A stretch of DNA of 64,000 bases from Nitrosopumilaceae archaeon (GTDB lineage: Archaea; Thermoproteota; Nitrososphaeria; Nitrososphaerales; Nitrosopumilaceae): assembly GCA_965203465.1 (NCBI GenBank), contig CBDBCR010000003.1, positions 896,001 to 960,000 of the forward strand. Reading direction: 5' to 3'. The notes under the pieces were generated by a model. It had not been told where the DNA came from, ran no database searches, and saw only the letters and a program-made list of their open reading frames with translations. This document shows positions 47,199-57,395 of the stretch, piece by piece. How positions within the stretch are numbered: position 1 is the stretch's first letter; every line of letters begins with the position of its first letter. The position numbers and the translations under genes were made by a program.

Positions 47199-50100
47199 TG
47201 GATGACCACGAGGAACGGCTCGCGCTCGGACTCTTTACCGTCCGAGGCGCTTATCCAAAACACGTACGTGCCCGCCGGCACGGACGCAGCACTGAGGGTG
47301 ACAGTCGCGGTGCCGTCGCCGCCGTCTGCCACCGATATGGCAGAGGCGGGGAGCATGTCCGGAATTGCCGTAACCGTAACCGCGTCGCCGTCCGGATCCG
47401 AGACCCTCACGTCCAGGGAAGTCTGCTGTCCGGCGGCAAGCGGTATGCTGCCGGTCACGGCGGTGCCACTGGAGAGCACCGCGATCTCTGGACCGTCGTT
47501 TTCTGCTCCGGCCGGCTGCGCCGCGGATTCGGACGAGCTGGAGCCGGAGTAGACCCGGCCCGTGGTGAGGCCGCGCGGATCGTCCATGCGGTTGCCGGTC
47601 GCGAACACCGACGTGGTTCCCGACGCTATTTTTACGATGTTGTCGTCGTCCTTGTTGGCAACGTACAGGACGCCGGCGCCGTCCATGTCCATTCCGTACG
47701 GCTCGTCAATGAGCGAGGTTATCTGGCGCACCAGCCGAGAGTTGGTGGGGTTTATCTCGTTGACGCGCCCCCTGTCGTCGCCGCTCTGGTACAGGCTGGT
47801 GCCGGAGCCGGACATGGCCGTGCCGCACTCTACCCCGGTGGCCCTGTGCGTGTTGGGGGACGAGCCCGATATGGTCCCCAAATAGGTGCCCGCAGAGGCG
47901 GTATAGTACAATATCTTGCCGCCGGACCTGTCGGCCACGTACATGCGGTTGTCGGGGCAGAACACCACATCGTACAAGCTGCGGATGGAGGGGGCGCCCG
48001 ATGTCGACGGGTTGCGCGAGGCGTCCCCAAAGTAGCCCAGCGACGTTCCCGTAGACGAGAACCGCTCCACTCCCATGGAGGTCGCCACGTACAGCGTGCT
48101 ACCGTTCCATACGAGACCGCGCGGGTACCCCTGGGTCGTGGCCCACCCGGAGCTGGTGCTGATCGGGGCACCGGTGGATCCGTTGTACTTGCGGATCTTG
48201 CTATACGAATCGTCCGACACGTACAGGTGGTTGTCCGGGCCGAACGCCACATCCCACACCTTGCCGAGGCCGCCCGATCTGGCCGTGACGAACACGCCCT
48301 GGTAGGCGCCCGTCTTTGAGAACGCCAAGACCTCGCGGTCGTCGGTATCCGCAAGATACACCGTGTAGTTGCTAGACGAAGGCGGCGTGGGCGTCGGGGC
48401 TGGCGTGGGAGCAGGCGTGGGCGTTGGTGTCGGGGCTGGTGTTGGCATGGGCGCAGGCGTCGGTGTTGGCGCGGGCGCCGGAGCGGTCGTGCCCTTGGCC
48501 GTGGCGGTTATCCTCACGTTGTCTATCTGTATGTCCTCGGCGGTGCTGCTCTGGTGCGAGACGAACCTTATCTTGAAGTTGGACACGGTCAGGTACGACG
48601 AGAGGTTGTAGGATTCAGAGTGCCACCGGTGGTCGTCCCCCGAACCGTGCGACCAGTTGAAGACGGTGTTCCACCGACTGCCGTTGTACAGTTCTACCTT
48701 TAGGTACTCGCCGCGATCCAAGCTGGAATCCAAGATCCTCGAGAAGGATAGCGTGGCCGCGGAGTACGTCGTGAGGTTTATGGGTGTCTTTAGCGTCATC
48801 GTGCACGTGTTGTCGCAGTTGTCCGAGCCGAGAACCTTGTTCGTCGACGAGCTGCCCGGCAGCGTCGGGATGCGCTGCGCCTGCGACGTGGTCGTCCTCC
48901 AGTTGCCGTCGCCCGTCTCGATCCACTTCGACAGGTTCGACTCAAAGTCGTCTGAAAACACTACAGACGAAGCGGGTGTGGGGGACGTGGTGGATGCGGG
49001 CGGTGCCGGCCTGTACGTGGCGTTTATGCTCCACGACTTTAGCACGCCCGTGTCTCCGCCCGCATAGTCGCCCACCGACAGCGTCCAGTTCCCTTTGATC
49101 GATGAATTCAGCATGGTGCCGAACACGCCGGAGTAGGTGGCCTTTATGTTGTCCGCGCCGCTTCCCTGCCTGTTGTGTAGCGTCACCTGCGTGCCGCTAG
49201 CCGAGGTGAGCACCACCTTGAGGTCGCCGCGATAAGAGTGCGTGATGTCAACCGAGACCGACAGGGCGGTGATGGTGCCTCTCTCCGTTATCGTTATGGC
49301 GTCGGAGACGGACTGTAGGCGCGTGTTGTCTGGGATGGCCGTCCCGGGGCTGGAGGTGGCGCGGTACGAGGCCGTGGCGGGGCACGAGTTGGATGCGGAG
49401 CTGGCGCCGGATGCGCTGGACGAGCCGGATGCGCTGGACGAGCATGTGCTGGGAACGTAGCCGACGAACATGCGTATGTCCGACCTGGCCGTCGATCCTT
49501 TCCAGCTGTGCGCGGCCTCTTCGTCCACGCCGTCGGCCGACAGGGTGACGGATCTTACGGATATCGGGGAAGATAACTGGATCATCCTGACGCCGCTCTC
49601 CGGAACGGCCACGGTGTACTTTGTCCCGCCCGTCGTGGTCAGGGACAGGTCCACCCCCTCCATGTTTTCGGAACCCACGTACAGCGCAGATACGGAGTAG
49701 CTTTGGCCGGAGAACGTCTCGGAGTGACTCGACTGGCTGGCCGTGCGGGGGGTGTGCGTGTCCCAGCCGCGCACGCTTGCAGAAGTCGCCGCAACGTCTC
49801 TGGCGCCGGCCGGAAGCGACTCCGCGGTGAGCGTGATCGTGGCCGCTGTGCCCGAGACGAGCCCGTCGTGCGGCGTGACCTGGAACGTGTCGGTGCCTGC
49901 AAAGTTGTCGTTGGGCGTGTACGTGACCCGCGATATGGTCTTTGTGAGCAGCTCGTCGGTGGTCACGGTGCCCCTTACCGGATCGCGCGAGACGCGGTAC
50001 GAGACCGCATCGCCGTCCGAATCGGTCGACGACAGGTGCACCGACACCTCCTGTCCGGGGCTCACCACCACGGAGCCTGATTGGGCCACCGGCGCGCGGT

Positions 50101-52078
50101 TTGCGGGCGAGGTGGGCAGCTCGGTGAGCGGGTTGGTGCTCGCCAGGGCGAACGTCTGCACGGGCTTGTTGAGCGAGGCCGTGTTGGAGCCGGACACCGT
50201 GACGGTGTACGTGCCTGTGACCTTGGGCTTGAAGACTGCAAACTCGGTATTCTGCTTGGACGAGTTGGCGCTTATGGCGCTCCCGCTGGGCGGCGTGATC
50301 GTAAAGTCTAGGTTGGCCACCGGGACTGTCGCCGTGCTCCTCACCTGATCCTCTATGCCGCCGTGCGGGTGTGCCATCCACGCCAGTATCACCTTTACCT
50401 GCTTTGAGGTGTCGGTCACCACGAACCGGTACTGCTTCGATGCCGGACTGGCGACTGCGTCCAAGTACCCGGAGACCACGTAGGACGTCAGGCTGTGGAC
50501 GTACTTTAGCGAGTTTGCGGTGTCCAGTATGCCGAACCCAGTGTTGTTGAGTATTCCGAGGGAGGCCGCGTTGTTTGCTTTGTCAAAGTCCGCAGATTCA
50601 CTGAACTGCCTAGCGTAGGAACAGTTGTCGGTAGATACGTTGGCCTCGTACTGTACGGAGGTGCACGGAACGGGCCCCTGCCAGTCGGCGCCCAAGAGCA
50701 GGGCCGCCTTGACCTCGGCGGGCGTGAGCTCGGGCTCCAGCTGCAGCATCATGGCCGCTGTGGCGCTTACCTGCGGCGCAGCGTAACTGGTGCCGCTTCT
50801 CGGACTCGTTGCGGAACCGGTCGTGTTGTTTAGCGTGTCTATGTCGTGGGCGGGCGCCACTATGTGGGGCACCAACCTGTGTTCGGTACTGCTGACTGGT
50901 CCCCTGCTTGAAGCCGTGTACATTTTGATGGTAGATTCTCGGTCGTTTATCCCTCCGACCGTAATGGAGTTATGCGCACAGCCAGGATTTGTTATCGATG
51001 CATAAGAAGGAGAAGCTCCGCTACCATTACCTGCAGATTTTACCACCACCACCCCTTTGTCTACGGCCTCGTTTAAGATCAAGTTATGGGTGGTGCTTGG
51101 GCTTGAGGCACAACTACCAAAGCCAGCGCTGATGTTGGCTACGTCGGCCCCGTTGACATACGACCAATCCAGAGAATGAGCCAAGCTACGTGTAGATGCG
51201 GCGCCAAACTGGGCGTCCAACAGCGTCACTCCCGTGGCGATTCCGTTGTCTCTCGGCATCCCTGACGCGGCGAGCACCTGTGCTACTTGTGTGCCATGCG
51301 TTGCAATAGAATTGTTCAAACTAGAAAGTGCAGGCGAAGATAGGTTGGTTCTTCCGGTGATGCGGCCGTTGACAACCGGGCAGTTGTCGTCAAGGCAGTA
51401 TATCCGTTCTGTTACTTTGCTGTTCAAGTATACGCTGTTTATGCCTGTATCTACGACGGCTACTACCACGCCGGTGCCGTTCGGCGTGCGGCCCACGGCC
51501 GTGCGCAGGTCTCCAGATGTAGCGTTTATCGTAGTCCTTGCCTTGTCTACATCGAGCGTGACGGGCAGCTCCCCGTCGCCGATCGCGTACACCTCGTCGT
51601 GCAGCGAGAAACCAGGCACGTCGGCTACCGGCACGGACGCCGTCACGAACGAGAGCGACTCGGCGGCCGTTATGTCGCGCGCGCCGAGCAGCTGCAGCCG
51701 CTTGACCACGGCGTCCTTGTTTTCCTTTGCTGTTTCGTCCGAGCCCCTGCCGTCGCCGTCGTCCCTGCTCACCACGATCAGCACGTTGTAGTAGCGCTCG
51801 CCGTCATAGACGCCCGGATCCCCGTCTGTCGGAGACTCGGCCATCAGGCCCCTGATCTTGTCGTAAAACCCCCCGTCGAACTTGTACTCGGCGGCGTCCA
51901 CGTTGGCCACCGGCCCGGGCGCATCGTCGTCTGGGATCAGGCCGCCTGGAACTGTGGGGGCGCCGCCGGCCGCACCCGGCCCCCCGAACGGGGCGGCCCC
52001 GTCGGAGGACTGCGCGTATATGGCCGCGGCCGGAGCGGCCAGAAAGGCCGCCAAGACGATCGGTAGCAGCTTGTGCAC
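47195..52078 (-). CDS. Large secreted S8 subtilase with Ig-like, P (convertase), MAM-like, Pro/Thr linker and NHL-like propeller domains
   Basis: Triad VVDTG, HGTQVA, SGTSYAAP; oxyanion SAGNG; VSVDITHSYRGDL...GNWTLSVGD (P domain); (PT/PA)n linker. Stop overlaps the serpin ATG. Confidence 0.92.
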   Translation of the reverse strand: MHKLLPIVLAAFLAAPAAAIYAQSSDGAAPFGGPGAAGGAPTVPGGLIPDDDAPGPVANVDAAEYKFDGGFYDKIRGLMAESPTDGDPGVYDGERYYNVLIVVSRDDGDGRGSDETAKENKDAVVKRLQLLGARDITAAESLSFVTASVPVADVPGFSLHDEVYAIGDGELPVTLDVDKARTTINATSGDLRTAVGRTPNGTGVVVAVVDTGINSVYLNSKVTERIYCLDDNCPVVNGRITGRTNLSSPALSSLNNSIATHGTQVAQVLAASGMPRDNGIATGVTLLDAQFGAASTRSLAHSLDWSYVNGADVANISAGFGSCASSPSTTHNLILNEAVDKGVVVVKSAGNGSGASPSYASITNPGCAHNSITVGGINDRESTIKMYTASSRGPVSSTEHRLVPHIVAPAHDIDTLNNTTGSATSPRSGTSYAAPQVSATAAMMLQLEPELTPAEVKAALLLGADWQGPVPCTSVQYEANVSTDNCSYARQFSESADFDKANNAASLGILNNTGFGILDTANSLKYVHSLTSYVVSGYLDAVASPASKQYRFVVTDTSKQVKVILAWMAHPHGGIEDQVRSTATVPVANLDFTITPPSGSAISANSSKQNTEFAVFKPKVTGTYTVTVSGSNTASLNKPVQTFALASTNPLTELPTSPANRAPVAQSGSVVVSPGQEVSVHLSSTDSDGDAVSYRVSRDPVRGTVTTDELLTKTISRVTYTPNDNFAGTDTFQVTPHDGLVSGTAATITLTAESLPAGARDVAATSASVRGWDTHTPRTASQSSHSETFSGQSYSVSALYVGSENMEGVDLSLTTTGGTKYTVAVPESGVRMIQLSSPISVRSVTLSADGVDEEAAHSWKGSTARSDIRMFVGYVPSTCSSSASGSSSASGASSASNSCPATASYRATSSPGTAIPDNTRLQSVSDAITITERGTITALSVSVDITHSYRGDLKVVLTSASGTQVTLHNRQGSGADNIKATYSGVFGTMLNSSIKGNWTLSVGDYAGGDTGVLKSWSINATYRPAPPASTTSPTPASSVVFSDDFESNLSKWIETGDGNWRTTTSQAQRIPTLPGSSSTNKVLGSDNCDNTCTMTLKTPINLTTYSAATLSFSRILDSSLDRGEYLKVELYNGSRWNTVFNWSHGSGDDHRWHSESYNLSSYLTVSNFKIRFVSHQSSTAEDIQIDNVRITATAKGTTAPAPAPTPTPAPMPTPAPTPTPTPAPTPAPTPTPPSSSNYTVYLADTDDREVLAFSKTGAYQGVFVTARSGGLGKVWDVAFGPDNHLYVSDDSYSKIRKYNGSTGAPISTSSGWATTQGYPRGLVWNGSTLYVATSMGVERFSSTGTSLGYFGDASRNPSTSGAPSIRSLYDVVFCPDNRMYVADRSGGKILYYTASAGTYLGTISGSSPNTHRATGVECGTAMSGSGTSLYQSGDDRGRVNEINPTNSRLVRQITSLIDEPYGMDMDGAGVLYVANKDDDNIVKIASGTTSVFATGNRMDDPRGLTTGRVYSGSSSSESAAQPAGAENDGPEIAVLSSGTAVTGSIPLAAGQQTSLDVRVSDPDGDAVTVTAIPDMLPASAISVADGGDGTATVTLSAASVPAGTYVFWISASDGKESEREPFLVVIQ

Positions 52079-52229
52079 GCCCTCGCCCCCTTCGGCTTCG
52101 TTAAAAGAATGCCGGTCGGACGCAGGCTAGTGGCAACAGGCCGTTCCGGACGCAGGCCCGTCCAGCGCGCCGCGGCCACGCCCGATCCGCGGCGCGGGCG
52201 TCTCTTGCCGGATCACGGCGCGCCCGTCG

Positions 52230-55200
52230 TCATCCCGGTTGCGGTATGAACGAGTCCTCGTCCGAGTAGAGCTTTTGCTTGCCGAACCACTCGAACACCT
52301 TGTACGTCACCTGCTTGCCGTACCACTCGGGATTTACGGAGTCTGTCGTTTCCGTGCCGGCGCCGGGCTGGTTTTCTATCTCGGCGAACGGGCCGCCGTC
52401 GACGGAGCGCTCGACGCGGTACCTGCCGTCTCCCTCCCCGTTGTAGTCGTCCCACCGGATCTGTACGGAGCCGCCGTCCTGCCGCGCCGACAGGTAAAGC
52501 CCGGGATCGAACGGCTGCGTGCCGGCCTCGGCCGTGCGGACGTTCACCGACGCCTGCGTGTAGTCGTTGCCCCGCTCGCCTACCGAGACGGCGTACTCGG
52601 TGCCCGGGCTCAGGTTCACGAAGCGGTAGCTGTCCGCGCCCCCGGACACGGCGTCTGCGAACTTGGCGGACGGATCCGAGGCCGGGCGTATGACGACCTT
52701 GTACTCGCGCCCCCAGTCGTCGTGATCCCACGATACCAGCACGCTGTCCTCGTGGGCGCGCTTTTCGACGATCACTACCTTGGAATCGGCGTGGGCCTGC
52801 ATGGCGAGCAGCTCGCCGACGGTGAGCAGGTTGGGCGGCTCCGGCGCGGCTTGGCCGGGCTGGCCGGACGCGGCCGACGCGCCGGACGGGCCGGGCGGCG
52901 CGGCCGGGACCAGCTCGACCGAGACGTTGTCCACGTACAGCTGCTTTTTCCACGTGTAAGACCAAAAGTCCCCGGTGTACGCGTACAGCTCGCACGGGCA
53001 CAGGGCCGGGCCGACTTGCGGGACCACCGCGGTCACGCTCCTCCAGCCCGTGTCGTTGAGGATCCCCGGCTCCTTGCCGGTCAGCGGCTTGCCCAGATCC
53101 AGCAGGCGCCCCTGCGAGTCCGAGATCGTAAAGTGCATGTTGTTGACGTGGTTGATGTGCGTGTACTGCTTCAGGTCGGCTAGCCCCCGGTAGTCGAACG
53201 AGGCCACCAGCGTCGAGGTGGCAGAGCCGGGCGCCACCGAGAACGCCGAGGCGATCCCAGAGTGGCCGGACCAGCAATCTTCGGAATATTTGAGGTGCGC
53301 CGAGCCCCCCGCCTCCTGCGAATGCGACAGCGAGTACACGGACGTGGCCGAGCTGGTGCTCGAGGCCATGGCGCCGCAGACGCGCCCGTTCTCGTTCCAG
53401 GTCGTCTCTTTGAGCAGCGCGTTGCCGAGCCCGCCGTCGAACCCGTTTTCGTGCACCGACGCGCGCGTGGCGCCGGACGCCTCCACCAGCACGTAAAAGT
53501 GGCGCAGCCTGACGTTGCCCGAGGCGTCCGAGACGGAGCAGTCGACCTTTGTGGTGCCCTCTTGGAAGGCCGAGCCGGACGGCGGGTTGCACGTGACCGC
53601 CGGCGACGGGTCGTAGTCGTCCCAGACCGTCATGGTGCTGTACGAGACGGTGGCAGTCGACGAGAACGGCCTGACCGCTATGTCGGGGGGCGCCGGAAAC
53701 GCGGGCGCGAGCGTGTCGTGCTGGGGCGCCACGAGCGTCACGGGCCTGGACACCGTGGCGCCGTTGCCGCTCGTGTCGGTGGCGCTGTAGTGTATGACCG
53801 TGGTGCCGATGGGGGCCAGCTCCGGCCTCACGCTGCTCTCGCGTATGCCGGACAGGTCGCTTGGATGCATGCGCGCAAACGAGTCCGTGCGCGTCATGGA
53901 CGTGTTGGCCTCTACCCTGCTGGGAGTCGACACCATGATGGTGGGCGGCGTGGTGTCGCGCACGGTGACTGCCTGCTTTGCCGAGGCGCTGTTGCCCGAA
54001 CTGTCCGTGGCGGTCCACGTTATCGTGGTGGTGCCCAGCGGGAACGAAGATGGGGCGTTGCTGGTCACGGTCACCGAAGAATCCACCGCGTCGGTGGCAG
54101 TCGCCGTGCCTATCCGGACCGACATTGGCACCCCGGTCAGCTCTGCCGTGATGTCGGGCGGGGCCGTGACGGCGGGTGCCGTGGTGTCCCGCACGGTGAC
54201 TGCCTGCTTTGCCGAGGCGCTGTTGCCCGAATCGTCGGTGGCGGTCCACGTTATCGTGGTAGTGCCCAGCGGGAACGAAGAGGGGGCGTTGCTGGTCACG
54301 GTCACCGAAGAATCGACGGTATCGGAGGCAGTCGCCGCGCCCGTCTGGACCGATGTTGCAGAACCGGCGGCCTCGGCGGTCACGTCCGGCGGGGCCGTTA
54401 TGGCGGGCGCCGTGGTGTCGCGCACCGTCACGGTCTGGGTAGCAGTGGCGGTGTTGCCCGCCGCGTCCCTGGCGGTCCAAGTCACCGTGGTGGCGCCGAG
54501 CGGGAACGTGGCCGGCGCGTTGCTCGTCGCGGCCACCGTGCCGTCGCGGGCGTCCGTGGCCACGGCCGTCCCGACGGATACGGCGGTGCGGGTGCCGGTC
54601 GCCTCTGCGGTCACGTCCGGCGGCGGCGTGATGCGCGGCGGCGTGCTGTCCGGCGGCACGGTCACCGTCACGGCAAAGGACGTGCTGGCCGACAAAGAGC
54701 CGGCCGTGGCCGTCACCGCCATGGTGTACTTGCCGGCGGCCGACGAGGCCGCGGGGCTGACTGCCACCGTGCCCCTGCCGCTCCCCCTGTCCGAGAGGGA
54801 GACGAAGCTTGGGTTGCCCGATATGGAGAGCCGTATGATGTCCCCGTCCGGATCCGACGCTGTAACCTGTCTGGTGGCCGAGGCGCCCTGCGCCAGCGTG
54901 ACGTCCTGTATGGCCGATATGGACGGCGCGCGGTCGGGCCTGGGTATGGGGGGCGCGGTGGCCGACGTGCCGTTGTGCAGCATGGCGCCCCCTCCCAGGT
55001 CGACTGTCCGTCCCGTGTACGTGACCTTTACGGCCGTGTCGTAGGATACGCCGGAAATCGCGAGGCTGCGCGCGGCCGAGTTGGGAGAGTTTGTCACGGA
55101 GGATATGTTGCCGGCGCTGACGGTAAAGTCCGAGGCGGCAAATACGTGCGATGTCGACTTTGAAAAGACCAACGATACGGAGCTGCGCGCGTCGTTGAGT

Positions 55201-57395
55201 CGGGCCGTGAACGTGACATCGGGCAACGCCTGCGAGGGGCGGTACACGCTGAAATTGTCCACCTCGACTGTCTCGCCGCTGCCGTTGGACTTTGCGTGAA
55301 GGCGGATCTGGGCGGAGCCCTCCGGCACGGATAGCCCGATGACCTCGCGCTCCCACCTCGACGTGTCGTCGCCCTTGGCGCCCGTGTACGAGGCCAGCTC
55401 GGTCCAGGTGGAGCCGTCCGTGGAATACTCCACGAACAGCCCCTCCCGGGTGTCTATCTTACGGTCGACGTACCTGTCGAACTCGATTGTCAGCGGCTCG
55501 ACCGTGTTTAGCTTTGAGCGGAACGTCGCGACGCAAGAGTCGTCGCACGCCTCGGACAGGAGGACCCGGTTGGTGCGGATGGGCAAGCCCGGAACGTCCA
55601 TTTCGGACGGCTCGCCTATCCTCCAGTTGGCATCGCCGGACAGCGTCCAGGACCGCGTCAGCCTCGACGTGAACGAATCGCTCGCGGAAGTGAGGGCGCC
55701 CGAGGCCGGAGACGGATCTGTCACGTCACGCGCCGCTGCCACGAACGTGGCCCCCGAGGTGGGCGCCTTTGCTACCGGGTTGCCGAACCGGTCGCGCGCG
55801 TTGGAGAACAGCAGGCTCGTGGTGCCCGACTCTCCGTCGAGCACGTGCGAGTACGTGTAGACTGTGTCGGAGACCTTTGTCATGGTGGCGGTCGTGCTCT
55901 GCGTGCCGTCCGTGACGGTCAGGTTGGGCGGGAACGCGCCGTGGATGGGCTCGCTGAACACGGCGCGTATCTCCATGCTGCCGCTCGCAGGTATCGTGGA
56001 CGGGAGCGTGATGGCGCCGGTGGGTGCCACAGAGTCGTACGACTGCGCCGCCCCCCTCAGCGAGGCGACGTGCGGGCCGGTCGCAAAGAGCGCCTTTGCG
56101 TTCCATGCCTCGACGGTTCCGGCCGGGGTCAGCCTGCCGAAAAAGTTCCGGTGCGGATCCGACCATATTTCCTTCTGGGTGCAGGCGTACCGGCTCGGGT
56201 AATCATTCGAGCCGCAGTAGGCGCCTCCCGGGATCATGACGGTGCCGAAAGTCGTCCGCTGATTGCTAGTGCTGTACGCTTGCGCATAACTGAATTCTGA
56301 GTTTCGGACGCCCGCGAAGCCCGCTCCCTGTAGCACCCCGATCGCCGCGGTGGCGTGGTGGTTTATGACGCAGGCGTGGTGCACCACGGCGAACGCGGTC
56401 GCCGTCCTCTTTGCCAGCGTCTCCTGCGCCTTGCCGCAGTCGCGGACATCGGTGGAGCCTGGAGAATTGTGTACCAGCAAGATCACCAGATCCGCGTCGT
56501 TTCTTTCCGCCAGTATATGGATCCGGCGCGTGGCTGTATCACTCGGTGTCACAAGCTTTTTCAGATCATCGGCCACATCAGAACCCTCTCTATATCCGGT
56601 TATCCCGTCGTGCACCGTGTCTATCCGTATGGGCAGGTCGTTGGTTCGGTACACCCTGTTGGCCTTTGTCTCGATCATGCGAACCAGCGACGAAGACGAC
56701 GGCTCCGCGTTGCTGTCAGCTGCGCGCGTCGTGGCAACCATCACCTTGATCGTCACCGTACCGGCGATGGCTGGCGTGCTGTAGTCTCCGTCGTACTCTA
56801 CCCAGCCCAGATACGCCGACTCTAGCTCCGATATCCGGGCGCGGTCTATCCTAGACGACGCGCCGGCGACGGCCGACGCGCTTGCGTCTCCCGTCGCGTC
56901 GGGGCCCAGCAGCGGCGGGAACAAGGCTGGATCCAGCTCCAGCACCTCGTGCAGATCTCCGGGGACGGCCACAACGGCGTACGTGCCGGCCGCGGTCTCT
57001 ATCGTCCCCAGCACCGACGTGCCGTCCACGATCAGCACGGCGACCGAGCCGGCATCGTCGACGCCCTCCCACGCCAGTATGCCATTCTTGGTAGTGGCCG
57101 TATCGCTCGACAGGGTCAGGTCTTGGCCCAGCGCCGCAAACCTGACGCTCTCGGTAGAGGCCGAAGGGGCCGTCACCCGCACAAACTCGGATCGTACCGC
57201 GTAATCGTGGTACAGGCTGTGTTTTTGTCCTTCCGGCGCCTGCGCCGCCGCTATCAGATCCAAGGGGGACTCTTGCGCCCATGCGCCAGGGGTACCCACG
57301 ATGGCGGGCACGATGATTGCTGACGCCAGCGCGCAAACCAAGATCGCTGGAAGGGGCCGTCTGCGGCGCGTCATGCGTGTTTCGGCAGGCTCCAT
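52230..57395 (-). CDS. Large secreted protein: inactive reprolysin-like domain, MAM-like domain, HYR/Ig repeats, FN3-like C-terminus
   Basis: TM/signal; ADLVILL...CG.A...AFAVV...C then HATAAIGVLQGA where HExxHxxGxxH is expected; repeated DTTAP.ITAPPD.TAE...SFPLGTTTITWTATD.SGN. ATG 57395 overlaps the upstream TGA. Confidence 0.85.
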   Translation of the reverse strand: MEPAETRMTRRRRPLPAILVCALASAIIVPAIVGTPGAWAQESPLDLIAAAQAPEGQKHSLYHDYAVRSEFVRVTAPSASTESVRFAALGQDLTLSSDTATTKNGILAWEGVDDAGSVAVLIVDGTSVLGTIETAAGTYAVVAVPGDLHEVLELDPALFPPLLGPDATGDASASAVAGASSRIDRARISELESAYLGWVEYDGDYSTPAIAGTVTIKVMVATTRAADSNAEPSSSSLVRMIETKANRVYRTNDLPIRIDTVHDGITGYREGSDVADDLKKLVTPSDTATRRIHILAERNDADLVILLVHNSPGSTDVRDCGKAQETLAKRTATAFAVVHHACVINHHATAAIGVLQGAGFAGVRNSEFSYAQAYSTSNQRTTFGTVMIPGGAYCGSNDYPSRYACTQKEIWSDPHRNFFGRLTPAGTVEAWNAKALFATGPHVASLRGAAQSYDSVAPTGAITLPSTIPASGSMEIRAVFSEPIHGAFPPNLTVTDGTQSTTATMTKVSDTVYTYSHVLDGESGTTSLLFSNARDRFGNPVAKAPTSGATFVAAARDVTDPSPASGALTSASDSFTSRLTRSWTLSGDANWRIGEPSEMDVPGLPIRTNRVLLSEACDDSCVATFRSKLNTVEPLTIEFDRYVDRKIDTREGLFVEYSTDGSTWTELASYTGAKGDDTSRWEREVIGLSVPEGSAQIRLHAKSNGSGETVEVDNFSVYRPSQALPDVTFTARLNDARSSVSLVFSKSTSHVFAASDFTVSAGNISSVTNSPNSAARSLAISGVSYDTAVKVTYTGRTVDLGGGAMLHNGTSATAPPIPRPDRAPSISAIQDVTLAQGASATRQVTASDPDGDIIRLSISGNPSFVSLSDRGSGRGTVAVSPAASSAAGKYTMAVTATAGSLSASTSFAVTVTVPPDSTPPRITPPPDVTAEATGTRTAVSVGTAVATDARDGTVAATSNAPATFPLGATTVTWTARDAAGNTATATQTVTVRDTTAPAITAPPDVTAEAAGSATSVQTGAATASDTVDSSVTVTSNAPSSFPLGTTTITWTATDDSGNSASAKQAVTVRDTTAPAVTAPPDITAELTGVPMSVRIGTATATDAVDSSVTVTSNAPSSFPLGTTTITWTATDSSGNSASAKQAVTVRDTTPPTIMVSTPSRVEANTSMTRTDSFARMHPSDLSGIRESSVRPELAPIGTTVIHYSATDTSGNGATVSRPVTLVAPQHDTLAPAFPAPPDIAVRPFSSTATVSYSTMTVWDDYDPSPAVTCNPPSGSAFQEGTTKVDCSVSDASGNVRLRHFYVLVEASGATRASVHENGFDGGLGNALLKETTWNENGRVCGAMASSTSSATSVYSLSHSQEAGGSAHLKYSEDCWSGHSGIASAFSVAPGSATSTLVASFDYRGLADLKQYTHINHVNNMHFTISDSQGRLLDLGKPLTGKEPGILNDTGWRSVTAVVPQVGPALCPCELYAYTGDFWSYTWKKQLYVDNVSVELVPAAPPGPSGASAASGQPGQAAPEPPNLLTVGELLAMQAHADSKVVIVEKRAHEDSVLVSWDHDDWGREYKVVIRPASDPSAKFADAVSGGADSYRFVNLSPGTEYAVSVGERGNDYTQASVNVRTAEAGTQPFDPGLYLSARQDGGSVQIRWDDYNGEGDGRYRVERSVDGGPFAEIENQPGAGTETTDSVNPEWYGKQVTYKVFEWFGKQKLYSDEDSFIPQPG

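Noticed and set aside
48380-48490. Short-period repeat
   Set aside because: It encodes an ordinary Pro/Thr/Ala linker in the subtilase.
53930-54660. About 240-bp near-identical repeats as DGR template/variable regions
   Set aside because: These are in-frame HYR domain repeats. Differences are not adenine-specific and no reverse transcriptase is present.
52213-55356. Long alternative-frame ORFs (e.g. 1047 aa here, 751 aa at 27780-30035, 464 aa at 15963-17357)
   Set aside because: Arg/Gly/Ala-rich shadow ORFs are expected from high GC3 codon bias and overlap well-supported genes.
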